Assembly (NCBI GenBank): GCA_023266475.1
Contig: JAHFQA010000001.1
Coordinates: 1-59,132, forward strand
Reading direction: 5' to 3'
DNA from: Candidatus Woesearchaeota archaeon
GTDB taxonomy: Archaea > Nanobdellota > Nanobdellia > Woesearchaeales > GW2011-AR4
DNA length: 59,132 bases
The number at the start of each line of letters is the position of its first letter. The stretch's first letter is position 1. The notes below the pieces were generated by a model that had not been told where the DNA came from, made no database searches, and worked only from the letters and a program-made list of their open reading frames with translations. The translations under genes were made by a program, and so were the position numbers. This document shows, piece by piece, positions 34,654-43,654 of the stretch.

Positions 34654-35520
34654 TTATCCGACACAATTACCTTTCACATTAACATCTTTCACGGCAAATT
34701 GAAATATAAATGATTTCAAATATTTTTCATTGTAAGTGCTAAAATCTATGAATTGAATTATCTTTCCATTTGAGATTTCTTTTAAGTATATGTTTGTAAG
34801 GCCTCTTTTGTCAAAATTACAACTTATGGACGTGTCATATTCATCGGGTTGTTTGTTTTTTATGTTTTCAACTAACGTTGAAGCCCAATCATGTATTGAC
34901 TTTAATCTGATTGGCAGAGTTACTAAAAATAAATCTAATTTAGTTTGAACACTTCCCTTTTTGACAATTAATGGGTATCGAAAATTAATTGAAACGTCCT
35001 CTTCATTAGCATTAACAGCTGCTTTAATTTCACTTTCTTTAGTTGGTGTAATTATTTCAATGCCTTTATCTGCAAATACTCCGATGTCAAAGCAATTTTC
35101 AAACTCTGCTGCTATATAATTTCCTAATTTATCTTGAATTTGCTCCAAAGTTGGTACAAATGTGTAGTAATCCATGCGTCCATTTATAGTGGTCTTTTCA
35201 AGGTAATATGGCACAAAATTTTCATGGTATAATGTAGACTCGAAATTAAATCTTGATTTTCCATTATCAACTTCAAGCAAACCATTTGGATTTATATAGC
35301 CGCCTTGAATGCCTACTTTCTTGAATAAGGCTTCTTCTGCAAGGTTTTTTAAGCACGCTTCTGCATAAGATTTTACAATTCCAGCATCTTCAGATTCTGA
35401 TGATTTTTCAACAGTCTGTTTTTTAACTCCAATATTTTTAACATATAAAACTAACCCGGCTACTATAACTAATGAGATACTTAAAATTAAGAAGTATGAT
35501 ATCTGGCCTCTTTTTTTCAT
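34654..35520 (-). CDS. Type IV pilin-like protein (class III signal peptide) with globular C-terminal domain
   Basis: The N-terminus MKKRG|QISYFLILSISLVIVAGLVLYV matches the archaeal prepilin-peptidase site pattern: basic residues, Gly, then Gln at +1 and a hydrophobic helix. Confidence 0.5.
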   Translation of the reverse strand: MKKRGQISYFLILSISLVIVAGLVLYVKNIGVKKQTVEKSSESEDAGIVKSYAEACLKNLAEEALFKKVGIQGGYINPNGLLEVDNGKSRFNFESTLYHENFVPYYLEKTTINGRMDYYTFVPTLEQIQDKLGNYIAAEFENCFDIGVFADKGIEIITPTKESEIKAAVNANEEDVSINFRYPLIVKKGSVQTKLDLFLVTLPIRLKSIHDWASTLVENIKNKQPDEYDTSISCNFDKRGLTNIYLKEISNGKIIQFIDFSTYNEKYLKSFIFQFAVKDVNVKGNCVG

Positions 35521-35614
35521 TAGATAATAAATTTAAATTTTTTCTTTATAAACTTTTCTTGAATTTTTGCTTATTCTTACTATTAACAATCTTTATTAAT
35601 AACCTCAATTTAGT

Positions 35615-36478
35615 ATGGCGCAGAACGTAAACCTAAGAAGCAAAAAGGTGTCTTCATTGAACATTAAAACTATGCTTAACAAATTCACAATATATCAATA
35701 CGTGATTTCTTTCTTATTAATTTTAACTCTAGTTAGCGTATTTTTTTATGATTTTGGGGTTAATGCGCTGATTCCTGTAATAATTTCAATAATAACCACA
35801 ACCTTGCTTGATTTAGCGATAAATTACTTTAAATATAAAAAAATTGAATTCCCGCAAAGTGCTCTGATTTCTGGGTTGTTTATTGGAGGCTTGTTAACAC
35901 AGAATTTGCAATGGTACGTTTATGTTTTGGCTGGTACAGTAGCTATACTATCAAAACATCTAATAAATTACAACAAAAAACACATTTTTAATCCTGCAAA
36001 TCTTGGAATTTTGCTTACTTCTGTTATTTTTGGAGCTTTCCATTCATGGTGGATTTCAAGCCCGAAATTGCTGGTTGTCTTGTTTGGGCTTTTTATAGTG
36101 TGGAGGCTGAAAAGGTTTGACTTAATGCTTGGCTTCTTGCTGACTTACTACATAGCCAGTTCTTTTATTGAAGTGCCAAGAAGCATGATGGAGCATCACA
36201 GCTATATGATGGCATATCAAAATGTTTATCTCAGCTTGATAGGAGGCAGCGTGATTTATTTCTTCGCGATGTTCATGCTGGTTGAGCCGAAAACAAATCC
36301 TACATCTGGAAAAAAACAAAGAATTATCTATGGAATTTTTGTTGCTTTATTGTTTATATTATTGCAATTTTTTATTCCGCAGCATGCGATAGTTTTGGCT
36401 TTGGCTATAGGAAATTTATTTGTGCCTGTTTTAGATAAAATCAGGCTGTCCTTTCCAGGTTCACAAAAGAGTATTTGA
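35615..36478 (+). CDS. Polytopic membrane protein, RnfD/NqrB-like
   Basis: Multiple TM helices. KHIFNPANLGIL resembles the conserved FNPA segment of the RnfD/NqrB family. No other rnf/nqr genes are nearby. Confidence 0.4.
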   Translation: MAQNVNLRSKKVSSLNIKTMLNKFTIYQYVISFLLILTLVSVFFYDFGVNALIPVIISIITTTLLDLAINYFKYKKIEFPQSALISGLFIGGLLTQNLQWYVYVLAGTVAILSKHLINYNKKHIFNPANLGILLTSVIFGAFHSWWISSPKLLVVLFGLFIVWRLKRFDLMLGFLLTYYIASSFIEVPRSMMEHHSYMMAYQNVYLSLIGGSVIYFFAMFMLVEPKTNPTSGKKQRIIYGIFVALLFILLQFFIPQHAIVLALAIGNLFVPVLDKIRLSFPGSQKSI

Positions 36479-36920
36479 ACTTTTCATTTTGATGCTCTTC
36501 ACGAAATGTTTCCTTCCATTCATTTTTTTCGAATGCTGGAAAATATGCGTCGCCTTCGAAATCTCTGTCGATAAAAGTCAAATACATTTTATTCGCCAAT
36601 GGAAGAAATTCTTTGTATACTTGCGAGCCTCCAATTACCATAATTTCCTCGCTTACTTCAGCAGCTTTCAATGCATCATTAACAGAATGCGCAATTAAAC
36701 ATCCTTCTGCCTCAAAATTTTTATCACGAGTTATAACTATATTTGTTCTATTTGGCAATGGCCGCCCAATTGATTCAAAAGTCTTTCTGCCCATGACAAC
36801 GGGTTTGCCTATAGTTAATTGCTTGAATCTTTTCATGTCTTCTGGCAGCTTCCAAACAAGAGAATTATTCTCGCCAATAACTCCGTTTTTCGCAACTGCT
36901 GCAATTAAAGAGATTGTCAT
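36441..36920 (-). CDS. folA: Dihydrofolate reductase
   Basis: ISLIAAVAKNGVIGENNSLVWKLPEDMKRFKQLTIGKPVVMGRKTFESIGRPLPNRTNIV. Confidence 0.95.
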   Translation of the reverse strand: MTISLIAAVAKNGVIGENNSLVWKLPEDMKRFKQLTIGKPVVMGRKTFESIGRPLPNRTNIVITRDKNFEAEGCLIAHSVNDALKAAEVSEEIMVIGGSQVYKEFLPLANKMYLTFIDRDFEGDAYFPAFEKNEWKETFREEHQNEKFKYSFVNLERTA

Positions 36921-36945
36921 TTTTGATTTAAATTAATGCAATTTC

Positions 36946-37010
36946 TAGGCGAGGCTTGAGCGACTGTTAACGAGGGAAAGCCGAGCACTAATTATTATGA
37001 GCGAAGCGAA
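36946..37010. repeat. GC-rich intergenic repeat, copy B
   Basis: TAGGCGAGGC...GCCGAGC...ATGAGCGAAGCGAA lies in the folA-thyA spacer. Confidence 0.6.
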
Positions 37011-37158
37011 TGGGTTGAATTATTTGATTTTTATAATTTCCAAAGTTTCTTTACTAATAGCTATCCTTTAAGTAATTTTTTCCTAACTGTTTGCCTTGAC
37101 AATATGACAATTCAATAATAATTTTGTATAATATAAAATCTAAAAAATAATAAAAAAC

Positions 37159-38004
37159 CTAAACAGCCATTTCTGCTTTTATAGGCGGATGGAACTGGTA
37201 ATTTTCTAATTTTATATCTTCCATTTTGAAGTCATCAATGTTTTTTATTTCTGGATTTAACAATAATTTCGGCAATGGAAATGGCTTTCTTGACAATTGC
37301 TCCTTAACTTGCTCGAAATGGTTTTGGTAAATGTGCGCGTCTCCAAGCGTGTGCACAAATTCTCCTGGCTCCAAATTTGTAGCTTGCGCAATAAGGTGCA
37401 GAAGCAAAGAGTAAGATGCGATGTTAAAAGGCACTCCCAAGAACATGTCGCATGAGCGCTGGTACATTTGCAGGGATAATTTGTTGCCTGCAACAAAGAA
37501 CTGGAAAAAAGCATGGCATGGCGGCAATGCCATTGCATCCAATTCTCCCGGATTCCATGCTGTGACGATAATTCTCCTGCTGTGCGGCTGCTCTTTAATC
37601 ATTTTGATTGCATTTGCAAGCTGATCAATCTCTTTTCCATCAGGAGACTTCCATTTTCGCCATTGAACTCCGTAAACTCTTCCTAAATCACCTTCAAACT
37701 TTGACTTGGGCTTCCAGTAATTAGCGTCTGCATTTGCAGTCCAGATTGTATTCTTGCTTTTGTCCCTTGTGCCGTGCAAAATCTCTGCAAGCCTTCTCTC
37801 ATCATTTGAGCCTTCAATAAACCAGAGCAATTCACTAACCACACTCTTCCATGGAAGCTTTTTTGTCGTTACTGCAGGAAACCCGTGTTCCATGTTGAAG
37901 CGCACCTGCATTCCAAATACTGCTCTTGTTCCTACTCCAGTCCTGTCTTTCTTGTCAACTCCTTTTTCAAGAATGTATTTCAAAGCTTCAAGGTATTGCT
38001 TCAT
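37159..38004 (-). CDS. thyA: Thymidylate synthase (ThyA type)
   Basis: RTGVGT, LPPCHAFFQFFV (catalytic Cys) and DAHIYQNH. Confidence 0.95.
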   Translation of the reverse strand: MKQYLEALKYILEKGVDKKDRTGVGTRAVFGMQVRFNMEHGFPAVTTKKLPWKSVVSELLWFIEGSNDERRLAEILHGTRDKSKNTIWTANADANYWKPKSKFEGDLGRVYGVQWRKWKSPDGKEIDQLANAIKMIKEQPHSRRIIVTAWNPGELDAMALPPCHAFFQFFVAGNKLSLQMYQRSCDMFLGVPFNIASYSLLLHLIAQATNLEPGEFVHTLGDAHIYQNHFEQVKEQLSRKPFPLPKLLLNPEIKNIDDFKMEDIKLENYQFHPPIKAEMAV

Positions 38005-38127
38005 TATATAATATGAGAATAAAATAAGTTATAAATAGTTTTGGGTTCAAATAAGGTAGATAAAAATAAAAACAAAATTTTGTCATTCTTTAAAGTAGTA
38101 AATTTTCTTAACCACTACCAAAAAGTA

Positions 38128-38135
38128 TTTATATA
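38128..38135 (+). promoter_or_regulatory. Archaeal TATA-box candidate
   Basis: TTTATATA starts 33 nt upstream of the ATG at 38161. Confidence 0.45.
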
Positions 38136-38160
38136 ACTTGCTCAATTAAAAATAAGCAAG

Positions 38161-38637
38161 ATGAAAAAAAAGACGATGCAGGCTTGGTTTATATTTCTTT
38201 TTATCGTTGGACTGGTTATCGGCTGGCTAATACCAGGTGATTTGAAAACAGTGCAAAAAAAGGTTACTGAAAACCCGCTAAAGCCAGCGGTTTTTGACAT
38301 TCCAAAAAAACTTGGGCAGCTTGATACAGAGGGGCCTTATTTTAAGTATTCTGTTCTTGCTCAAAGCGAGATGGCTGGAGTTGAATTAATTAGAGTTGAT
38401 GACAAAATTCCTATGCACGTACATCCTAAGGAAAATCATTTTGTCTATATTTACAAAGGAAAGGCAAAAGGGACTATAGGGAGTGTAACTGCTGAGGCTG
38501 GTCCTGGGCAATTAATTGCTATTCCTGCAGGAGTTCCGCATAGCCTTGAAAGGATTGGAGATACCCCAGTTGAGATCATTTTGTTTTCGAGTCCGCCATT
38601 TAAGCCTCAGGATACAATGTTTTTGGATAAGAAATAA
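38161..38637 (+). CDS. Membrane-anchored cupin-domain protein
   Basis: An N-terminal TM helix and cupin motifs (PMHVHPKENHFVYIYKG, IPAGVPHSL). Confidence 0.75.
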   Translation: MKKKTMQAWFIFLFIVGLVIGWLIPGDLKTVQKKVTENPLKPAVFDIPKKLGQLDTEGPYFKYSVLAQSEMAGVELIRVDDKIPMHVHPKENHFVYIYKGKAKGTIGSVTAEAGPGQLIAIPAGVPHSLERIGDTPVEIILFSSPPFKPQDTMFLDKK

Positions 38638-38919
38638 TTTAAGAATTATTTTTTTATTTTGGCAGGGGTTGAACTGTTGCTGAACCTTCATACTTTCTCA
38701 CTACTAAACTTCCGCCATCAGCTAATCTATATTCTCAACCATCCACACCTTAAAACAGAATCCCTAGAACTGGAATATATATTTTTAACTATTTATTCGA
38801 AAAACTCGATTTTTATCACGCATTTATTATAAATAAATTTAGTAAATAAAAATTCCCTACAAAAATCAAAACAAAAACCTTTTTAAAATAGTGTTCTGTA
38901 CAAGACATTTGATGAAACT

Positions 38920-39228
38920 ATGAGTGAAACTGTAAATTCAGCAAACCAGGGAAGATTAATCATGTTTTCGGGAACAGAATGCGTCCATTGCAAGGAAATG
39001 GATCCAATACTTGCAGAACTTGAGAAAGAAGGAATCCATATTGAGCATGTTGAAGTCTGGCATAATGCTGAGAATGCTTCATGGCTTGAAAGCCTGGACC
39101 AAAATCCTGACGGCTCAGTTTTTTGCGGCGGGATCCCCTTCTTCTACAATGAAAAAACTGGCAAAAGATTGTGTGGCAACCAGAAGATTGAGAAATTAAG
39201 GCTGTGGGCAAAAGGTGAGTTGAAATAA
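38920..39228 (+). CDS. Thioredoxin/glutaredoxin-fold protein
   Basis: CVHC redox motif near the N-terminus (FSGTECVHCKEM) in a 102-aa protein. Confidence 0.7.
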   Translation: MSETVNSANQGRLIMFSGTECVHCKEMDPILAELEKEGIHIEHVEVWHNAENASWLESLDQNPDGSVFCGGIPFFYNEKTGKRLCGNQKIEKLRLWAKGELK

Positions 39229-39253
39229 TTTTTTGCCATTTAAATTAAATTTT

Positions 39254-39886
39254 CTATTTTTGTTGGTCTGGAGGTAACTCATAATTAAGTTTTGCTCCTA
39301 ATATATAAAAAGCTTTTTGAAATCCATGTTGAACTCTTTGTTCATTGTGAGATGTCAGCAAAATTTTTAATTCTTGATGTTCAGCATTAGTGAGGGGGCA
39401 TAGTGGAAATGGCTCTCTTAAAAGGTTTGATTCTTTTGTTGCTATTCTTTCAACATTCTTTGCGTCTATTCCATCCCTATTAAAAGTCGTGAGTATATAG
39501 AAATCGTCAATGATTGTTTTTCCTTCTAAAGGAACCTGAAATTGGTAAAGTCGTGTTATAGTAGCATAAAAGTGATACTGCCGCTGAATGTCAAGTGGCG
39601 GTGCTGAAGAAATATTTAATCGAACAGAATTCACACCTGCAACAAGTGTTCTATCCCACCCATCCTCTAGTTTAAGATTTATGTACAATTCACCTAAAAG
39701 CAATTCCAAACCATTTTCGTCAAAATGAGGAATTATCACCGGACCATGTTCAGACATACCACCAACTAAGTCTGAGGCTACTCCAGTTCTACCAAGAGGT
39801 GGAAGCTTAGACAGTTTTGCTTCTACTTCTAATTTTACTTCTTCTTCCAGAATGGAAACTGCCATATTTTTAAGTGAGCAATACAA
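39254..39886 (-). CDS. Hypothetical protein (no motif)
   Basis: A 210-aa ORF, divergent from lipA. Confidence 0.45.
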   Translation of the reverse strand: MYCSLKNMAVSILEEEVKLEVEAKLSKLPPLGRTGVASDLVGGMSEHGPVIIPHFDENGLELLLGELYINLKLEDGWDRTLVAGVNSVRLNISSAPPLDIQRQYHFYATITRLYQFQVPLEGKTIIDDFYILTTFNRDGIDAKNVERIATKESNLLREPFPLCPLTNAEHQELKILLTSHNEQRVQHGFQKAFYILGAKLNYELPPDQQK

Positions 39887-39959
39887 ACATATAAAGTTTT
39901 CTGTGACTTTATGTTTGTGGATGAAAACATTAATAAACCAATTCCGAAATAACTATATT

Positions 39960-40844
39960 ATGGAACAAAAACTCATCAAGCCGCAATGGCTCAAGATAAA
40001 ATTAGAGGTCAATGATAATTTCTCCAATATAAAAGCAACATTAAGACAAAATAGTCTACATACTGTCTGCGAATCAGCGCATTGCCCTAACATCTCTGAA
40101 TGCTGGAATGGCGGAACAGTAACATTTATGTTGATGGGCGACGCTTGCACAAGAGGTTGCAAATTCTGCGCTGTTAAAACTGGCAATCCAATGCAAAAGC
40201 TCGATGCAGATGAGCCGAGAAAACTTGCAAAAGCATTGGCAGAGATTAAATTGTTTGATTATGTTGTTCTTACTTCTGTAAATAGGGATGATTTAGAAGA
40301 CGGCGGAAGTTCGCATTTCGCAGAATGCATAAGCGAAATAAAGAAAGCATACCCTGAAATTATTGTTGAAGTCTTAATTCCTGACTTTAAGGGCGATGTT
40401 GCAGCTTTAAAAAAAATAATTGACTCAAAGCCAGAAGTGATTGCCCACAATATTGAAACAGTTGAAAGATTGCAGAGAAAAGTCAGAGACCCAAGAGCTG
40501 GTTATTCTCAATCTCTTAAAGTTCTTGAAAACGTTAAGAAATTAAACCCCAAAATATATACAAAATCTTCAATCATGGTTGGATTAGGGGAGGCTGATGA
40601 AGAAGTAATTCAATCAATGAAAGACTTAAGAAAAATAAATGTTGGTATTTTAACAATTGGGCAATATTTAAGGCCAACAGACTGGCATATTCCAATAATA
40701 AATTTTGTTCCTCCTGAAAAATTTGAATATTACAAACAGAAAGCATTGCAATTAGGGTTTTTATTCTGCGCATCCGGGCCTTTTGTCAGGAGTTCTTATC
40801 GTGCCGGGGAGTTGTTCATGAAGAATATTATTAAGAAAGAATAA
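39960..40844 (+). CDS. lipA: Lipoyl synthase (ORF opens at 39852; ATG 39960 preferred)
   Basis: Auxiliary cluster motif CESAHCPNISEC, radical-SAM motif CTRGCKFC, and the C-terminal SSYRAG. Confidence 0.95.
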   Translation: MEQKLIKPQWLKIKLEVNDNFSNIKATLRQNSLHTVCESAHCPNISECWNGGTVTFMLMGDACTRGCKFCAVKTGNPMQKLDADEPRKLAKALAEIKLFDYVVLTSVNRDDLEDGGSSHFAECISEIKKAYPEIIVEVLIPDFKGDVAALKKIIDSKPEVIAHNIETVERLQRKVRDPRAGYSQSLKVLENVKKLNPKIYTKSSIMVGLGEADEEVIQSMKDLRKINVGILTIGQYLRPTDWHIPIINFVPPEKFEYYKQKALQLGFLFCASGPFVRSSYRAGELFMKNIIKKE

Positions 40845-40849
40845 AATTT

Positions 40850-41455
40850 TTATTTTACAGTTCTCAATTGCTCTCTAAGGTCAATATAATGTTTCGTAGA
40901 TAAGTGTTCTGCTCTTCTGTAAGCATCAAATAGATAATTGGCTTCAGGCAACGATACATTATTACTATTGATTAAACCAAGTAATCTTGCCAAATCTTTA
41001 GGAATCCTCTGCTTTAATCTCTGCATTTCCTCTATTTCTGCTACAGTATGGGATGATTTTTCGCGATAAACTTCAACACTTCTTCGAGTATAATCTAAAC
41101 GCTTCCATATCCCATAAGCCGTAAAAAAATCACTATACGAAATGGGAGAATTTGCAACTTCTCTAAGAGTTTCAGCAATTGTTTCTAAATCTTTCCTTGT
41201 CTTGGCATCAACTTTGGGAGTAGCTTCCTTACTTCCAGCTTGCAAGGAGGCGTCATATTGCTTTCTTCTTTCAGAATCATAAAGTACTTCGTACGCTTCT
41301 CCAAGCAGTTTAAATACATCTTCAGCTTCTTTTGAACCTTGATTAACATCAGGATGTACTTTCCTAGCCAATCTTCGATAATTTCTCTTAATCTCGGCTT
41401 GCGTAGCTGTTCTTGGTATTCCTAAAACTTGGTAATAATCATTAAATTGAAACAT
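40850..41455 (-). CDS. J-domain (DnaJ-like) protein with uncharacterised C-terminal region
   Basis: [33 protein letters not shown] with the HPD tripeptide. There is no zinc-finger/CTD of a full DnaJ. Confidence 0.85.
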   Translation of the reverse strand: MFQFNDYYQVLGIPRTATQAEIKRNYRRLARKVHPDVNQGSKEAEDVFKLLGEAYEVLYDSERRKQYDASLQAGSKEATPKVDAKTRKDLETIAETLREVANSPISYSDFFTAYGIWKRLDYTRRSVEVYREKSSHTVAEIEEMQRLKQRIPKDLARLLGLINSNNVSLPEANYLFDAYRRAEHLSTKHYIDLREQLRTVK

Positions 41456-41522
41456 ATATTATTTTATTTACTGATGTATTTAAATCTTTCTATTTTGTAA
41501 CCACTAGAAAGTAATCAAAATT

Positions 41523-41912
41523 TTACTTCACAAACTCAACATTCTCTTTATGCCTAAAACGCTCATCTCCTGTAAGAAAAAAGGCATTATTTTTCTTTGC
41601 CAGAACATAACCAATGCAGTCAATGAAAGATAATCTTTCTTTCAAAAACTTGAATTTTATTTCTGCAGCTTCAATCAATATTTCTTTATCATAATCAATA
41701 CTAAATCTTTGATAGTGATTAAAAATTTCTTTGATTTCGTTTTTTCTTTTTTCTCTAATTAGATAATATGAGAGTTCCAAAAGATTCAGTTTATTGAGTA
41801 TAATTACTATCCCTTCAGTATAAGGTTCATAATTTGGATTGCCCGCACCTATTTCTATTAGGGCATATGTATCAAAATAGAATTTTTTAGTCATCCAGCT
41901 CAGCTTCATCAA
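41523..41912 (-). CDS. vapC: PIN-domain toxin VapC
   Basis: FYFDTYALIE at the N-terminus and FIDCIGY...FLTGDERF at the C-terminus. It overlaps the upstream antitoxin gene. Confidence 0.8.
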   Translation of the reverse strand: MMKLSWMTKKFYFDTYALIEIGAGNPNYEPYTEGIVIILNKLNLLELSYYLIREKRKNEIKEIFNHYQRFSIDYDKEILIEAAEIKFKFLKERLSFIDCIGYVLAKKNNAFFLTGDERFRHKENVEFVK

Positions 41913-42105
41913 TCTCTTTCATTATTTGATCTGTCGGCTTTTTGATGTCTTTAAACCGGCCCCATAGCCAATTAAAGCTGTCAGTCTTTTCTACATTGAT
42001 TTTTAGCGTATCGTCCGGCAAAATGCGCTCCATTTCCACTATCTCTTTTGGTATAATTACAGCTATAGAGCCGCCAATTTGTTTTGCTTTGATTATTGCT
42101 TTCAT
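41887..42105 (-). CDS. vapB: AbrB/SpoVT-fold antitoxin (VapB/MazE-like)
   Basis: The N-terminus AKQIGGSIAVIIPKEIVE is a typical swapped-hairpin AbrB motif. Confidence 0.75.
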   Translation of the reverse strand: MKAIIKAKQIGGSIAVIIPKEIVEMERILPDDTLKINVEKTDSFNWLWGRFKDIKKPTDQIMKEIDEAELDD

Positions 42106-42196
42106 TTTATATCATTTTTTTATTATATTATTATAATATAACTTTATAAGTATAACTTATATAAAAAACTTGCTATTTTGATTTAATTTTTAAGAA

Positions 42197-42292
42197 TTTG
42201 TATCGACCGATGGAATTGTTTATGAAGAATGTGAGTTCCTAACCGGAGACAAGGAATTTAAAAACATGGACAATATAGAGTTGGTTCAGTAA
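42197..42292 (+). pseudogene. Relic of a PIN-domain (vapC) C-terminus
   Basis: 31 codons bounded by stops translate to FVSTDGIVYEECEFLTGDKEFKNMDNIELVQ. Compare the intact neighbour, FIDCIGYVLAKKNNAFFLTGDERFRHKENVEFVK. Confidence 0.4.
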
Positions 42293-42316
42293 TTCTTTAA
42301 TATATCTTCAATAAAA

Positions 42317-42326
42317 TTTATAAATA
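42317..42326 (+). promoter_or_regulatory. Archaeal TATA-box candidate for the E1 alpha gene
   Basis: TTTATAAATA starts 38 nt upstream of the ATG at 42355. Confidence 0.45.
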
Positions 42327-42354
42327 GGCCTAAAAATGGGATTTTAGACTAATT

Positions 42355-43419
42355 ATGCCAAAAAAGGTGTTGAAAGAGTTCAAGGTTGAGTATTTGCAGA
42401 TTTTAGATGAGAATGGCAATTGTGATGACGCATTGATGCCAAAGATTTCTAATGAAGAAATCAAAAAGATGTATGAAATGCTGATTCTTATTCGTGTTTT
42501 TGACCAGAAAGCATTCAACATGCAGAGGCAGGGAAGGCTTGGAACATACATACAGTTCAAAGGCCAGGAAGCCTGTCAAGTTGGAAGCGCCTCTCTATTA
42601 AAAGACGAAGATTTTGTTTTTCCAATGTATAGGAACAGTGGCTTGCTGATCGCAAGAAAACAGCCTATGACTCAAGTACTGCAGTATTGGAATGGCGATG
42701 AAAGAGGCATGAAAAGCCCTCCAAACGTAAATAATTTCCCAATAGCAATTCCTGTAGGAACACAAATGATACATGCTGCTGGCGCTGCATGGGCAGCTAA
42801 ATTAAGAAAAACAAGCCAGATATGCATAACCTATTTTGGCGATGGCGCTACTTCAAAAGGCGACTTTCATGAGGCAATGAACTTTGCTGGCGTATTTAAT
42901 TTGCCTGTTATTTTCTTTTGCGAAAACAATCAGTTTGCTATTTCGGTTCCAAGGCCGAAGCAAACACATTCTGAAACAATTGCCCAGAAAGCCATAGCAT
43001 ACGGTTTTGAAGGAGTGCAAATTGATGGCATGGACATATTTGCTGTTTACAAAGCAACTAAAGAAGCTTTTGAAAAGGCGAGAACAGGAAAAGGGCCTAC
43101 GCTTATTGAGGCATTTACATACAGGCTTTGCGACCATTCCACATCTGACGATGCATCAAGGTATCGCTCAAAGGAAGAGGTTGAATCTTGGGCAAAAAAA
43201 GATGGAATTGAAAGATTGGAAAAGCATATGCGCAAAAAGGGATTGTTGGATGATACCTATAAAGAAAAAGTTCTGAAGCAATCACAAGAGGCAGTTGAAA
43301 AATCTGTAACTGAATTTGAGAAAATTACACCTCCTGATCCAAAAGACATGTTCAAATATGTTTATGCTGAGATGACCCAACAGCAAATAGAAGAAATGCA
43401 TGATATTTTAGGGAATTGA
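42355..43419 (+). CDS. 2-oxoacid (pyruvate/branched-chain) dehydrogenase E1 alpha subunit
   Basis: The TPP-binding region YFGDGATSKGDFHEAMNFAGVFNLPVIFFCENNQFAIS. Confidence 0.9.
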   Translation: MPKKVLKEFKVEYLQILDENGNCDDALMPKISNEEIKKMYEMLILIRVFDQKAFNMQRQGRLGTYIQFKGQEACQVGSASLLKDEDFVFPMYRNSGLLIARKQPMTQVLQYWNGDERGMKSPPNVNNFPIAIPVGTQMIHAAGAAWAAKLRKTSQICITYFGDGATSKGDFHEAMNFAGVFNLPVIFFCENNQFAISVPRPKQTHSETIAQKAIAYGFEGVQIDGMDIFAVYKATKEAFEKARTGKGPTLIEAFTYRLCDHSTSDDASRYRSKEEVESWAKKDGIERLEKHMRKKGLLDDTYKEKVLKQSQEAVEKSVTEFEKITPPDPKDMFKYVYAEMTQQQIEEMHDILGN

Positions 43420-43654
43420 ATTTTAAGTTGCTTTTATTTTTGAGATTTTTTATTAAATATTTTAAAAAAATATTATGTTAGGAAAGGAAGGAAAAAATAC
43501 AAAAAGAATAAATGTGCCAGAGCAAGGGAAAAAACTAAACTTCGTAATGAAAAATTTAATTCAAAAAAATAAATCCAATAACGATAAACATTAAATATTA
43601 TCCAATAAAAATTGAAAAAAAGAATTAATTAAACTATAATAAAAAACGAATAAA

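Noticed and set aside
38655-38765. Relatively GC-richer stretch in the 282-bp spacer before the thioredoxin-like gene, tested as a tRNA, split-tRNA half or small RNA
   Set aside because: I could not draw an acceptor/T-arm cloverleaf or any stable long helix on either strand.
43475-43594. 39-codon Lys-rich ORF (MLGKEGKNTKRINVPEQGKKLNF...) in the E1alpha-E1beta spacer
   Set aside because: It is short, and its composition is what A-rich spacer DNA yields by chance. No conservation evidence is available.
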